From Burkholderiaceae bacterium (GTDB lineage Bacteria > Patescibacteriota > Saccharimonadia > Saccharimonadales > AQU-01), in NCBI GenBank assembly GCA_043788365.1, contig JAYVTZ010000002.1:124032-188031 (forward strand): a stretch of 64,000 nt of DNA, read 5' to 3'. The notes below the pieces were generated by a model. The model was given only the letters and a program-made list of their open reading frames with translations, had not been told where the DNA came from and ran no database searches. Position 1 is the stretch's first letter, and each line of letters begins with the position of its first letter. Below, piece by piece: positions 20,910 through 30,641 of the stretch. Position numbers and translations under genes: made by a program.

Positions 20910-21691
20910 GACAGCCTCAATTTTTCATTTACAATAAAATCTTTAATATCTTCCAGAATCTGTGTTTTTGTATACATATAGAAATTTTGCGAGCTAAAGA
21001 TTTGAGCAAATTTCGAATGAATATCATAATTCCCTGGCTGGACTCCATCAATATGATTGTTAAAATCTTCTATACCCAATGCTGCCCTTGCAAGTTCATC
21101 AGTTCTTATTGGTTCAGTTGCGAAATTGATCAGCTCCAGTTTATTATCAACTGTCACATTAATATCTTTAACTAGGTTGCTCAGGTTGTAATACTGGAAT
21201 ACGCCGGCATGTTCAATTTTTTCGACATTATTATTGTGTAAAAGGTCATAGATGACATTTTTCTTTAGCCCGTCACCAAACAATCCCGGTAAACGAATAA
21301 CTGTACAGTTAAAATTATCTCTACAGAACTCCTCCAGCATCATTCGATGAAGCCCGTATGGGTGCAAGCTATCGACATCTATAATGGTATCTTCGTCAAC
21401 GCCGGCAGTGTTATTATAAACATCAATAGTAGATATTAGGACTAGTTTTTTAGTCTTAACCTGCTTTAGATGTTCTATCAAACTATTAATTTCTTTAATG
21501 TCAGTTTCTGGGTCTTGGTTGATGCGCCATTTCTCGGCACGAGCACCGGCACAATATAGAACGTCAAACTCTCTTCCAATAATTTCATTGATGTTTTTTG
21601 AATTATATAGTTTGCCGGGCTTTGCTTGTCGTGCAATATTTGAGCCCACAAATCCTGTATAACCAATCAGCCCAATTCTTTCATTAATCAT
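20906..21691 (-). CDS. NAD(P)-dependent epimerase/dehydratase-fold protein
   Basis: IGLIGYTGFVGSNI Rossmann motif. 261 aa. Overlaps the downstream gene by 4 nt. Confidence 0.5.
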   Translation of the reverse strand: MINERIGLIGYTGFVGSNIARQAKPGKLYNSKNINEIIGREFDVLYCAGARAEKWRINQDPETDIKEINSLIEHLKQVKTKKLVLISTIDVYNNTAGVDEDTIIDVDSLHPYGLHRMMLEEFCRDNFNCTVIRLPGLFGDGLKKNVIYDLLHNNNVEKIEHAGVFQYYNLSNLVKDINVTVDNKLELINFATEPIRTDELARAALGIEDFNNHIDGVQPGNYDIHSKFAQIFSSQNFYMYTKTQILEDIKDFIVNEKLRLS

Positions 21692-21912
21692 AGATCCTCG
21701 CTTATCTTATCGGCGTAAATACATGGTACTATACATCTATGCAAATTTCTAAAGATAGGTACTTGCTGGGGCCGTTTAGTGAGTTTACTGCTCGTATATT
21801 GTCGTTTAGTCTTACCCCAAAAACATTAACTGCTTTGTATAATTATTCAAAAATTCTATAACGTAGGTACTTCAAACAATTAGTACGACTTCAATCCGGA
21901 AGTAATTTTATT

Positions 21913-22701
21913 CTATTTGTTGATACTAGTCAGCGGTTCATAACCGCCCTTACCCAGCAGCATATCCATTTGCAGGAAAAACTGCTGGTATCGCTTTGTA
22001 TCAAAAATAGCATTGTTTGTTTCCTCAGCCGTCATCTTTGGCGGGTGTATTAAATCAACCAATATACCCCCGACAGCGTGCCCTGCCTGTCGAGCATCTA
22101 AGACAGACGTGTATAAGTACATCCAGTTGTTGCCATATTGTTCAACGTCATAATTAACAAGGTGTTCTGCTCCTCGAGCAGTAAAAGCTCTTCCCCCACT
22201 TAAAGCATCAGGAGGAAAACCTAAGTGCTGCTCTAATAGCCAGCCCGCCATTTTTTCGGTCCTTGCTTGAGTTGGCGGCAATGACCTAAGACCTTCGTCT
22301 GTGCGCCCAATAACTAAAACATCAAAATCATCTAGTGCATCATTTATAACCTGGCTAAATTTTGACATACCTGTCTTTTCAGGCTCTTGTTTGAGTAAAC
22401 GATTGGCGCCTCGTTCTAGGGCAAATTTTGCACCATCTATATATTGAGTCGCTAAACCGGGACGAGGTGCGGGTACTACTATTGCCCCCCTATTAGAAAA
22501 AATATCAGCCACTTCTTTGCTTGGCGATGCATCAACGACTACCAGTGGTAATTTTGTCTCTCTATAGCCATCAATTGTCTCTAAAGCCAGGTCAAAACGT
22601 GTTCCTTCCGGTGCATCGAAATACGTGCTAGTGAGACCTACTAATTGTTGCCTCTCTAAGTCTAGGTCTGTGTGTAAATTGGCGATGCTTTTATGGGACA
22701 T
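21913..22701 (-). CDS. Hypothetical protein
   Basis: 262-aa ORF. I recognise no motifs. It lies inside the glycan locus. Confidence 0.45.
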   Translation of the reverse strand: MSHKSIANLHTDLDLERQQLVGLTSTYFDAPEGTRFDLALETIDGYRETKLPLVVVDASPSKEVADIFSNRGAIVVPAPRPGLATQYIDGAKFALERGANRLLKQEPEKTGMSKFSQVINDALDDFDVLVIGRTDEGLRSLPPTQARTEKMAGWLLEQHLGFPPDALSGGRAFTARGAEHLVNYDVEQYGNNWMYLYTSVLDARQAGHAVGGILVDLIHPPKMTAEETNNAIFDTKRYQQFFLQMDMLLGKGGYEPLTSINK

Positions 22702-22771
22702 AGAATGACCAAGTCATAATTAATCAATATGTTATGTTATATTATACTATGTTTTGTATATATTGACAACT

Positions 22772-23584
22772 CTATGGTCTGTATTTTCTTCTGGCCGACT
22801 TAATTAGGACGTTCATCACATGGAGATTGCCCTTAATAGGGCTTATCTTTGTCGGTGTCTTGCCTTTTAGTGGGTACTCTCGCGTAACTGGAGTTTCGAC
22901 GAGCTTAAACCTATTATCTCTAGCAGCTTCAATCGCTAGATAGTAATGTAGTTCATAGGTCTGGAATATGTCTCTAAATACTGAAATATTTTTATCTGCT
23001 AAGAGCTTACGGCTATAAGCCCTAAAACCATTAGTGGTATCGGTATGACGATGGCGAGCCGCCAAACTAATAAGGGGTGCATGTAATAATCGGACCGCTA
23101 TTAGACGCTCTAGTGGCGTGTTTAGGGCTTTACCCCCTTTGATAAATCTGGAACCCTGAATATGATCATAGCCTTCATCAAGTAGCGCTAAAAAATCAGT
23201 AATTGCAGATATGTCGTCTTTGCCATTACCGTCAACTACAACTACCCCCTCATAGCCCTCACTCAGCGCCCATGCGAAAGCCATTCGCATCTGTGCACTC
23301 AACTTACCTATACCCTTTTTAGTTAGCAGCGTACGAACCTTATGTGCCTTAAGAAATTTATGAGCTAGCGAACCGTCTGTGCTACCCCCGTCAGCAATGA
23401 CTATATCTACTATGTTGGCATATGCTTCCATGGCCTCTATTTGCTTTTTTATTTTATTACCTTCATTAATTACAAAAACGCAAGCAGCGTACCTGGACGT
23501 TTTTTTATAAAAATCTACAGCGTCAAAATCTGGAAACTCCCAATCAAGATGCTGCTGCCTAATGTATTCGTCGTATTTATTCAT
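22772..23584 (-). CDS. Glycosyltransferase family 2
   Basis: VIADGGSTDGS DxD-region and GT-A layout. Confidence 0.75.
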   Translation of the reverse strand: MNKYDEYIRQQHLDWEFPDFDAVDFYKKTSRYAACVFVINEGNKIKKQIEAMEAYANIVDIVIADGGSTDGSLAHKFLKAHKVRTLLTKKGIGKLSAQMRMAFAWALSEGYEGVVVVDGNGKDDISAITDFLALLDEGYDHIQGSRFIKGGKALNTPLERLIAVRLLHAPLISLAARHRHTDTTNGFRAYSRKLLADKNISVFRDIFQTYELHYYLAIEAARDNRFKLVETPVTREYPLKGKTPTKISPIKGNLHVMNVLIKSARRKYRP

Positions 23585-23617
23585 AAAGTAATTGTATCAG
23601 GATTAACCCTGGCTATT

Positions 23618-24154
23618 TTAATATCTGGCCCTGTAGGCCTTGCGTGCCCTTTCAAGGATACTCTTTTGCTGCTCAATAAAATTCTCTGGAAGTGAACTAA
23701 TATCGAAGAATTGTCCAACATTGGTCTGGCCCTCAACCTTTAGCCAATACTCAAGACCAATGCTATTTCCCCTCAAGTATTTGTTAAAATGTGCGCCAAC
23801 GAAGTGGGGCTTTGACAATACCACGCCCGCAAGTTCTTCTTCATAAAGCCTCTTGAAGGCATCATCCAGGTTGTTGTCTGTCGGGCGCAACACGGTACCA
23901 GGTAAATGAAACATAGCTGGCCACACCGGGTCATCATCTGACCTTTTTGTTAGCAAAACCTCCAAAATACTATCGCTTTCTCTTAGCAAAACAAACTCTA
24001 TGGCTGGGTAAACGGCCACTTTTGCAACCGCCTCAAATACTTCTCTTGGCAGATTGCCTGGCTCACACTTACTTAATAACACTACGAGAGTTTTGGCTTC
24101 ATCGTCTGAAAGCATAGAGCTACTTAGTGACATTTCTTCGCGTTTCATCCGCAA
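23618..24154 (-). CDS. Hypothetical protein, possibly a degenerate NUDIX fold
   Basis: 178 aa. HLPGTVLRPTDNNLDDAFKRLYEEELAGV is loosely Nudix-box-like. Weak. Confidence 0.4.
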   Translation of the reverse strand: MRMKREEMSLSSSMLSDDEAKTLVVLLSKCEPGNLPREVFEAVAKVAVYPAIEFVLLRESDSILEVLLTKRSDDDPVWPAMFHLPGTVLRPTDNNLDDAFKRLYEEELAGVVLSKPHFVGAHFNKYLRGNSIGLEYWLKVEGQTNVGQFFDISSLPENFIEQQKSILERARKAYRARY

Positions 24155-25094
24155 GACTAATGGTGCTGCTCAGCTCGTTCATGACGTTATATGGTGGCTC
24201 ATTCCTGGATTCAACAAGTATTTTACCTATATACTCGGATATCATCGCAAGAATAATAAACAGGAAGAAGAACATAAATGAAGCTTGTAGGGATAGAGTA
24301 GTCCAGCCTTTTTCTATATCGTGTCTGGATAGGTTAATAATCACGACGTAGGCAGTATAAATAACATTGACCACACTAGCAAAAATTCCAAAATAGCTAA
24401 CCACTCTTAAGGGGTGGCTTGAGTAATTGGCTAGAATATCTATGGCTTTTCCTATGAGTTTTCTGTTTGGTGTGTGTGCATAAGGAGTGGCGTTATTTGG
24501 CAACTTATAGCTATGGTGTGAGGCTGAAAACCCAACCCGTCTAGCAAGGTGTCTTACGTGTCGCACATATCTACCACTTCTTGTGAGTGCGTTTGCAGCG
24601 TTTCGATTTAATGACATATAGAATGTTGAGCCGTTGGGTATGTTAATCCCCAGATACTTCCTGTTATACCAGTAAAATATTTTTGCACCCGTATTCTCTA
24701 TAAAGTTTTTTCTTTTTAGATTTGTGGCAATACCAAAAACTATATCGTTAGTAAGATTATCTTTTATAAAATCTGGTATTAAATCAACCGGATCTTGATT
24801 GTATAGAATGCAAATATAGTCTCCTATAGATGCTTCTACGCCCGCGAAAATGGCAGTATCTATATCTGTATTTCTTGCGAGCTGGATCACGCGTATACAT
24901 GGTACAGATGATAGGATTTTTTTACACTTATCAATTTCTTCAGCACTAAGACCATTATCCACAACCACCACTTCGTAGTTTGTATAATCAGCCATTAATA
25001 TATCGGCGACACTGGACACTCTGACAGATACATTTGCCGAAAATTCATCAACTATCAACAGTGTGCTCACAAAAATATTAGTCTTTTTTGCCAT
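24120..25094 (-). CDS. GT2 polyprenyl-phosphate glycosyltransferase (GtrB/DPM1-like) with C-terminal transmembrane helices
   Basis: VVVVDNGLSAEE GT2 N-terminus and two C-terminal transmembrane helices (VVSYFGIFASVVNVIY..., FMFFFLFIILAMI). Confidence 0.75.
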   Translation of the reverse strand: MAKKTNIFVSTLLIVDEFSANVSVRVSSVADILMADYTNYEVVVVDNGLSAEEIDKCKKILSSVPCIRVIQLARNTDIDTAIFAGVEASIGDYICILYNQDPVDLIPDFIKDNLTNDIVFGIATNLKRKNFIENTGAKIFYWYNRKYLGINIPNGSTFYMSLNRNAANALTRSGRYVRHVRHLARRVGFSASHHSYKLPNNATPYAHTPNRKLIGKAIDILANYSSHPLRVVSYFGIFASVVNVIYTAYVVIINLSRHDIEKGWTTLSLQASFMFFFLFIILAMISEYIGKILVESRNEPPYNVMNELSSTISLADETRRNVTK

Positions 25095-26196
25095 ATGTAA
25101 CTTTCAGCTCTTTAAATACGTCATATATATTATCTATCTTACCACCCATTAGACAGATGTAGTTATGTATACCCCCGTAGTGGTCTTTGTATAATATAGG
25201 CCTGCTGTCATCCCCTTCACTTTGAGGCAATACAGTCTTAATCTCCCATAGTGACTCTCCGCTATACTCAATCTTATCGGCAAGAGGCATGTAGCGCCGA
25301 ACATCTGCTATCATTTGAGGGTAGTGACTAATCTTCTTAATTTCACTAAGATACAGATGAGAATCTCTTACATCGTCTTCGCTATCATACCATTCGCTGT
25401 GTGGCGTATACCTAACGTGAGATAAAGTATACATGTTTTTATCAGGGAACGGCATAAGCGAGAAGAATGGGCCGCACATGATAGTGAATGCGCTACCTTT
25501 AAGCTCGTCCGGGATAGTAACTAAACACATTTCTGTAAGTTCGTGTTTGAAGGGTATTATCGGAAGGCCAGAATTTTTGTTTACAGAATTTATTGATGAA
25601 TAGGTTGTATTTATGACAGATCCTGCCAGATAATTTCTGGCTGCAGTATGCACTATAATCCCTTCATCTACTTTTGTGATTTTTATAACCTTTTCGTTGG
25701 TTTTTATTGCGATGTCTAGCGCCTCTAGCCTACTCAATAACATCTTCTTCAGAATGGCCGTATTAAAGGCATACTCTTCAACTTCAAACACGCCCTCGAT
25801 TAGTTTTTTATCGAAATACTCAACGCCAATCAACGAAGGAGCAATTTTAGCACCAATCCGCTCATAAAAGCGAAAAAATTGGCGAGCAGAGACTTTAGAA
25901 AGATTAGAAGCTACGCCATAATACTTAACAAAATCCTTAACAATTGCTTCATCATACTCTTCTGAAAATATAGGTAGATTAACCCGCGACCTTAGTGCCG
26001 TTAAAACACTACGTGGATAATGATACCCTCCATGCACCCTTGCCTGGTTGTTATACGAGGCTCTTAGCATGACATCGTCTTCTTTTTCTATAATCAACAC
26101 ATTCTTGGCACCTAACTCTTCCTTTAGGAACTGGGCAACTCTAAGGCCATAAAACCCGCCGCCTATGATTAAGTAATCGTAGTATTTCATAGACAT
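25078..26196 (-). CDS. FAD/NAD(P)-binding oxidoreductase, with a size and N-terminus compatible with the UDP-galactopyranose mutase fold
   Basis: YDYLIIGGGFYGLRVAQFL dinucleotide-binding motif at the N-terminus. 372 aa. Confidence 0.6.
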   Translation of the reverse strand: MSMKYYDYLIIGGGFYGLRVAQFLKEELGAKNVLIIEKEDDVMLRASYNNQARVHGGYHYPRSVLTALRSRVNLPIFSEEYDEAIVKDFVKYYGVASNLSKVSARQFFRFYERIGAKIAPSLIGVEYFDKKLIEGVFEVEEYAFNTAILKKMLLSRLEALDIAIKTNEKVIKITKVDEGIIVHTAARNYLAGSVINTTYSSINSVNKNSGLPIIPFKHELTEMCLVTIPDELKGSAFTIMCGPFFSLMPFPDKNMYTLSHVRYTPHSEWYDSEDDVRDSHLYLSEIKKISHYPQMIADVRRYMPLADKIEYSGESLWEIKTVLPQSEGDDSRPILYKDHYGGIHNYICLMGGKIDNIYDVFKELKVTYGKKD

Positions 26197-26199
26197 AAC

Positions 26200-27645
26200 C
26201 TAGTAATTTGCAAGATAATACAGTCCGAAACTTAACAGAATGAACATAGTTGATAAAACCTGTATTCCGTAATTCTCGACATAGCGTGGTGCACGCACAG
26301 TTATCATCCTCTGGTTAAATAAAAGGAGTGTCGTTATTGGTAGTACTGGTATTAGATACCTGCCTTGAATTCCCTGAATGAAGTCTGCTCCAACAGGTGT
26401 GAATGTAATAAATAAAGTCAGTGATATAAGTACTATAACTCCAATGATGCTTACAATAATTATATTGTTGTGCCAGCGTGTTTTTCTTAGGCAGTCTGAT
26501 TCTTTCTGATATTGGGCAGTAAGCACAAGACAAATCATGACCACAAATAGATACATAAATGCATTAGGCATACCGATTTGTCTATCGCCCATTCGTGCAA
26601 ACAGGGCGCCCAAAGTGTGATCTATACTTTCGTAGTGTGTCCTAACCAGAACTAGCAAGAAGCCGACTGGATGTGTGATGATATTATGGAGTTGTTCTGA
26701 GGTATTAGCATGGCCAGGTTGAAGTAAGACTATCATTTTAGTAATATGCCTACTCGCAACCAACCACCACCCCATGATTATGCCTGGGACAAGCACCCAA
26801 GATACTTTTTGTCTCCGTTCAACTTTTCTAGAAGCGAACATGTCGACACCAAGAAAGAGAAAGGGAAATAACAAGATTAGATATGTAAACTTGGTAAGAG
26901 CAATTAGAACTAGCACCGTTACTATTGTCCAGTAATCTTGCTTTGTAACCTTACTTTTGTCATTGATTTTCACCCATTCTGCAACTAGCAATAGGGCACC
27001 TGCATTCACGAGAGGGTCTAACGATATCGATGCCGCCTGAGCTAACGCAACGGGTAGCAGGGCTATACTTACAATCATCCATTTATAGCGAGTTGTAATT
27101 TTTATAGCCATACCGACCAAAAGAATATATAAAAATAGCCCTGCTAGTCGTGTCGCATATAAGATATAAAGCAAGGGTGCATTTACTAATCTGCCCACAA
27201 GAACAGTTAGCGCAAAATGCAGATAGCCAAATGGGCTATAGCTCACGGCTGCAAGAACCTGACTGTCAACGAGCGGGACATCTTGTAGTGTCTCTGAAAG
27301 GGTACGTTTTTTATATTGTTCATACATAATGGGATTAGTATCGTGACGATGGATGACAAAAACAGCCTGATTATTATCTAATATGTCACTGGTGCTTGTA
27401 CCTACAAACGCAACAAGACTTTGAGGTATATATGAACCATATCGCTGGTCAGCACCAATTTTTCTAGGCAAAAACTCACCTTTTGATATTGAATAAGATC
27501 TTAGGAAGTGCGCCCGCTCATCTAAACCAAAACCAGGTGGATTGGTAGCGACATAGAACAGACCGAAAAAACCCGCCGCCACTATAAAAAATATAAAAGG
27601 GTCTCGAATACTAGGCACCACCCGGTTTGTGAGAAATTTTTTCAT
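26200..27645 (-). CDS. Large polytopic membrane protein, putative GT-C-like glycosyltransferase (DUF2142-like)
   Basis: 481 aa with at least 10 transmembrane helices. It is encoded directly upstream of and co-oriented with the FAD oxidoreductase and the GtrB-like GT2 gene. Confidence 0.5.
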   Translation of the reverse strand: MKKFLTNRVVPSIRDPFIFFIVAAGFFGLFYVATNPPGFGLDERAHFLRSYSISKGEFLPRKIGADQRYGSYIPQSLVAFVGTSTSDILDNNQAVFVIHRHDTNPIMYEQYKKRTLSETLQDVPLVDSQVLAAVSYSPFGYLHFALTVLVGRLVNAPLLYILYATRLAGLFLYILLVGMAIKITTRYKWMIVSIALLPVALAQAASISLDPLVNAGALLLVAEWVKINDKSKVTKQDYWTIVTVLVLIALTKFTYLILLFPFLFLGVDMFASRKVERRQKVSWVLVPGIIMGWWLVASRHITKMIVLLQPGHANTSEQLHNIITHPVGFLLVLVRTHYESIDHTLGALFARMGDRQIGMPNAFMYLFVVMICLVLTAQYQKESDCLRKTRWHNNIIIVSIIGVIVLISLTLFITFTPVGADFIQGIQGRYLIPVLPITTLLLFNQRMITVRAPRYVENYGIQVLSTMFILLSFGLYYLANY

Positions 27646-27869
27646 ATCTTGGGCTAACTATAACAAATTGACTAGCTATTGTAAGTACTTTGCGACTAAC
27701 GACGTATTAGGCAAGACTGTTAGCGATGCTATGGGCTAGGTAGATTGAGGATATTGTTGTTTTATTACGTCTAATCCGTAGCTAGGGGCTTCATAAATAA
27801 TAAAGTAACGTATTGAATAAATTTTAAGTCATGCTCACATATCACTTTAAATAGCTTATACTTATCAAT

Positions 27870-30614
27870 ATGACTATAACTAAAAAACTCAACAAAAATG
27901 TCACTATTGGCCTGACGTCCATGGTCACAATAGCACTAACACTAATATTCAGTAACCATGCTTATGCCGCAACATATACGGTCACCAATACTAATGACAG
28001 TGGCGCCGGTTCGTTTCGACAAGCTATACTGAATGCCAATGCCAGTGCTGGAGCTGATATTATCGCCTTTAGTATAGTGGCTAATTGTCCGCAGATTATC
28101 CCAACCTCACCACTACCGCCAATAAATTCCGTGACTGCTGGCGGAGTAACAATAGATGCCTCAACCCAGGCTTGCGATATTGGTGGTGTGGATGCCCCAA
28201 ATGTTATGCTCAGCGGCAATGGCGCGGGTGCTAATGCTATCGGCATCTATATAACCGGCAACGGTGCTGGTAGCAGTGTTAGGGGATTTGTTATTAATAA
28301 GTTTAGCGGCCAGGGGATATTCATTGATACCAGCAATGTGTCAATTTTTGGTAACTACATCGGCACCAGTTTTGATGGAACAACTGCAGCCGGCAATGGT
28401 GGTGATGGCATTGGTATATTCTCAGGCACATCTGTTGCATCTGCTAATAACAATACAATTGGTGGCACTATATCTAGAGACAGAAATGTTATTTCTGGTA
28501 ATGCATTAAATGGCATTGGAATTACAGCTCAGGTTGGTGGGAATGCCTCTAATAATGTCATCAGTGGTAATTACGTTGGTACGAATGCTACGGGTACAGC
28601 CGCTCTACCAAATGGTGGTGATGGCATACTCATTAATCATGCTGACGCCGGTGGACCTGCGATTGCCGCCAACAATACAATTGGCGGGACACTAAATACC
28701 ACGCCCGGTGGCGCTTGCACCGGAGCCTGCAATTTAGTCTCGGGTAATATAGCTAATGGCATGGGACTTTGGCACGGCGGAGTATCGGGTAGCCACGTTT
28801 ACGGTAACTACGTCGGCATTAATGTTACTGGCACTGCGGCAATCGCAAACGGTAATATTGGTATTGAGGTCAATGAAGCACCGAACAATACGATTGGTGG
28901 TACAACTCCGGCGGCTAGAAATGTTTTCTCTGGTAATCACGGCGCTGGCGTTTTCCTAACTGGAGCAGCAGCTACAGGTAATGTCATACAGGGTAACTAC
29001 ATTGGTACTAACGCAGCTGGTACGGGTGGTATTGGAAATACCAAAATGGGTATTGGCATCGGCGCCTCACCTAATGCGGTTGGCGCTAATAACGATCTAA
29101 TCGGTGGCACTGTCGGCACTACCCCAGGTGGTGACTGTACGGGAGCTTGTAATCTTATATCTGGGAATGGTAGTAATGGTATTTTTGTTACTGGAACAGA
29201 AAGCCAGGGACATATAATAGTAGGTAACTACATTGGTACTAACGCAGCTGGTAGTAATTCAATCGGTAACGCATTAGACGGTATTGGAATTCTTAATACA
29301 CCAAATACACGCGTTGGTGGACCGACTATAAACGAACGCAATCTTATGTCTGGGAATGGTAGTAATGGCGTGATTATCGTTGGAGCTGCCTCTACTGGTA
29401 ATAGAATCCAGGGTAATTATATTGGTATGACAATGGCTGGGACTGCCCTTGGTAATACCGCTAGTGGTGTCGCAATTTCAGCCGCCACCGACACGGCTAT
29501 TATTAGTAATGACATTGCTTTTAACGGCCTACTTGGCATAGACCTCGACAACAACGGCACGCCTAACTTGAACGACCCTGGCGATACTGACGGCGGTGCC
29601 AACCGCCTGCAGAACTTCCCTAACGTCTACGCCGTCAAAACTGTCGGCGCAACTACCAAGATTGGCGGCCAATTTAATGGAGCTCCAAGTACCGGCTTTC
29701 TATTAGAATTTTTCTCAAGTAATGGCTGCAATGCCGGTGTACCTAACAATTACGGTGAAGGCCAGACCTTCATTGGCTCAACTAACATATCGACGGATAT
29801 ATTTGGTAATACAGCTTTTGGTTTTGTACCGTCTTCATTTGTTGCGGGTGGTAAATACATCACTGCAACTGCCACCAAGAAAATTGGCACTGTGCCAGCC
29901 GAGACGTCAGAATTTTCACAGTGCATATTGGTTAATGTTGGTAAACCAGCGCTAACCAATGGTGCTACTTGGTTCTTAAAGAACGATTTAGTCACGGGGC
30001 CCGGCGACAAAGCTTTTGGCTACGGCTTCCCTGCCTTTTTACTGATGTGTGCTTGGGATCCTGTACAACCTGGCGTAAAGTTGCCGGTCGTCTTTAGTGG
30101 TGGCACATGGTATATGCGTGCCAGTTATACTACTGGTAAGGCAGACCTTACCTTCGTTTATGGCAATAATATCATTGGTGTTAGACCGGTTTGTGGCGAC
30201 TGGAATGGCGACGGTGTTGACACGATCGGAGTTGTTGACCTAAACAGTAACTGGTCACTCAGGAACACCAATGGTAGCGGCACCCCAGACGCAGGTAGTT
30301 TTCAATTTGGTCCATCAAACGCCAAGCCAGTTGTTGGTGACTGGGATGGCGATGGTATTGATACTGTTGGTCTAGTTGATTCTAGTAATAACTGGTATTT
30401 GCGTAACACTAATAGTGCCGGCGCAGTCGATATAAGTTTTAACTACGGCTACACACCGGGTTACCCAGTTGTTGGTGACTGGGATGGCGATGGACGTGAT
30501 TCTGCTGGCTCTGTCAGCACTGGTGGTACCTGGGCGCTCAGAAGCCCCGACGGCCAGTCAAGTGCCACTTTCCAGTTTGGCTTCCCTGGAACTACTCCTC
30601 TAAACTGGCATTAA
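27870..30614 (+). CDS. Secreted right-handed beta-helix repeat protein with C-terminal FG-GAP-like Asp/Gly repeats
   Basis: Signal peptide. Many GNYIGTNA.GT...G.GI and N.IGG PbH1-like repeats. Four C-terminal copies of the GDW(D/N)GDG.D..G repeat. Confidence 0.7.
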   Translation: MTITKKLNKNVTIGLTSMVTIALTLIFSNHAYAATYTVTNTNDSGAGSFRQAILNANASAGADIIAFSIVANCPQIIPTSPLPPINSVTAGGVTIDASTQACDIGGVDAPNVMLSGNGAGANAIGIYITGNGAGSSVRGFVINKFSGQGIFIDTSNVSIFGNYIGTSFDGTTAAGNGGDGIGIFSGTSVASANNNTIGGTISRDRNVISGNALNGIGITAQVGGNASNNVISGNYVGTNATGTAALPNGGDGILINHADAGGPAIAANNTIGGTLNTTPGGACTGACNLVSGNIANGMGLWHGGVSGSHVYGNYVGINVTGTAAIANGNIGIEVNEAPNNTIGGTTPAARNVFSGNHGAGVFLTGAAATGNVIQGNYIGTNAAGTGGIGNTKMGIGIGASPNAVGANNDLIGGTVGTTPGGDCTGACNLISGNGSNGIFVTGTESQGHIIVGNYIGTNAAGSNSIGNALDGIGILNTPNTRVGGPTINERNLMSGNGSNGVIIVGAASTGNRIQGNYIGMTMAGTALGNTASGVAISAATDTAIISNDIAFNGLLGIDLDNNGTPNLNDPGDTDGGANRLQNFPNVYAVKTVGATTKIGGQFNGAPSTGFLLEFFSSNGCNAGVPNNYGEGQTFIGSTNISTDIFGNTAFGFVPSSFVAGGKYITATATKKIGTVPAETSEFSQCILVNVGKPALTNGATWFLKNDLVTGPGDKAFGYGFPAFLLMCAWDPVQPGVKLPVVFSGGTWYMRASYTTGKADLTFVYGNNIIGVRPVCGDWNGDGVDTIGVVDLNSNWSLRNTNGSGTPDAGSFQFGPSNAKPVVGDWDGDGIDTVGLVDSSNNWYLRNTNSAGAVDISFNYGYTPGYPVVGDWDGDGRDSAGSVSTGGTWALRSPDGQSSATFQFGFPGTTPLNWH

Positions 30615-30641
30615 TTTAGTGCCGGTGATTATCCGTTGACA

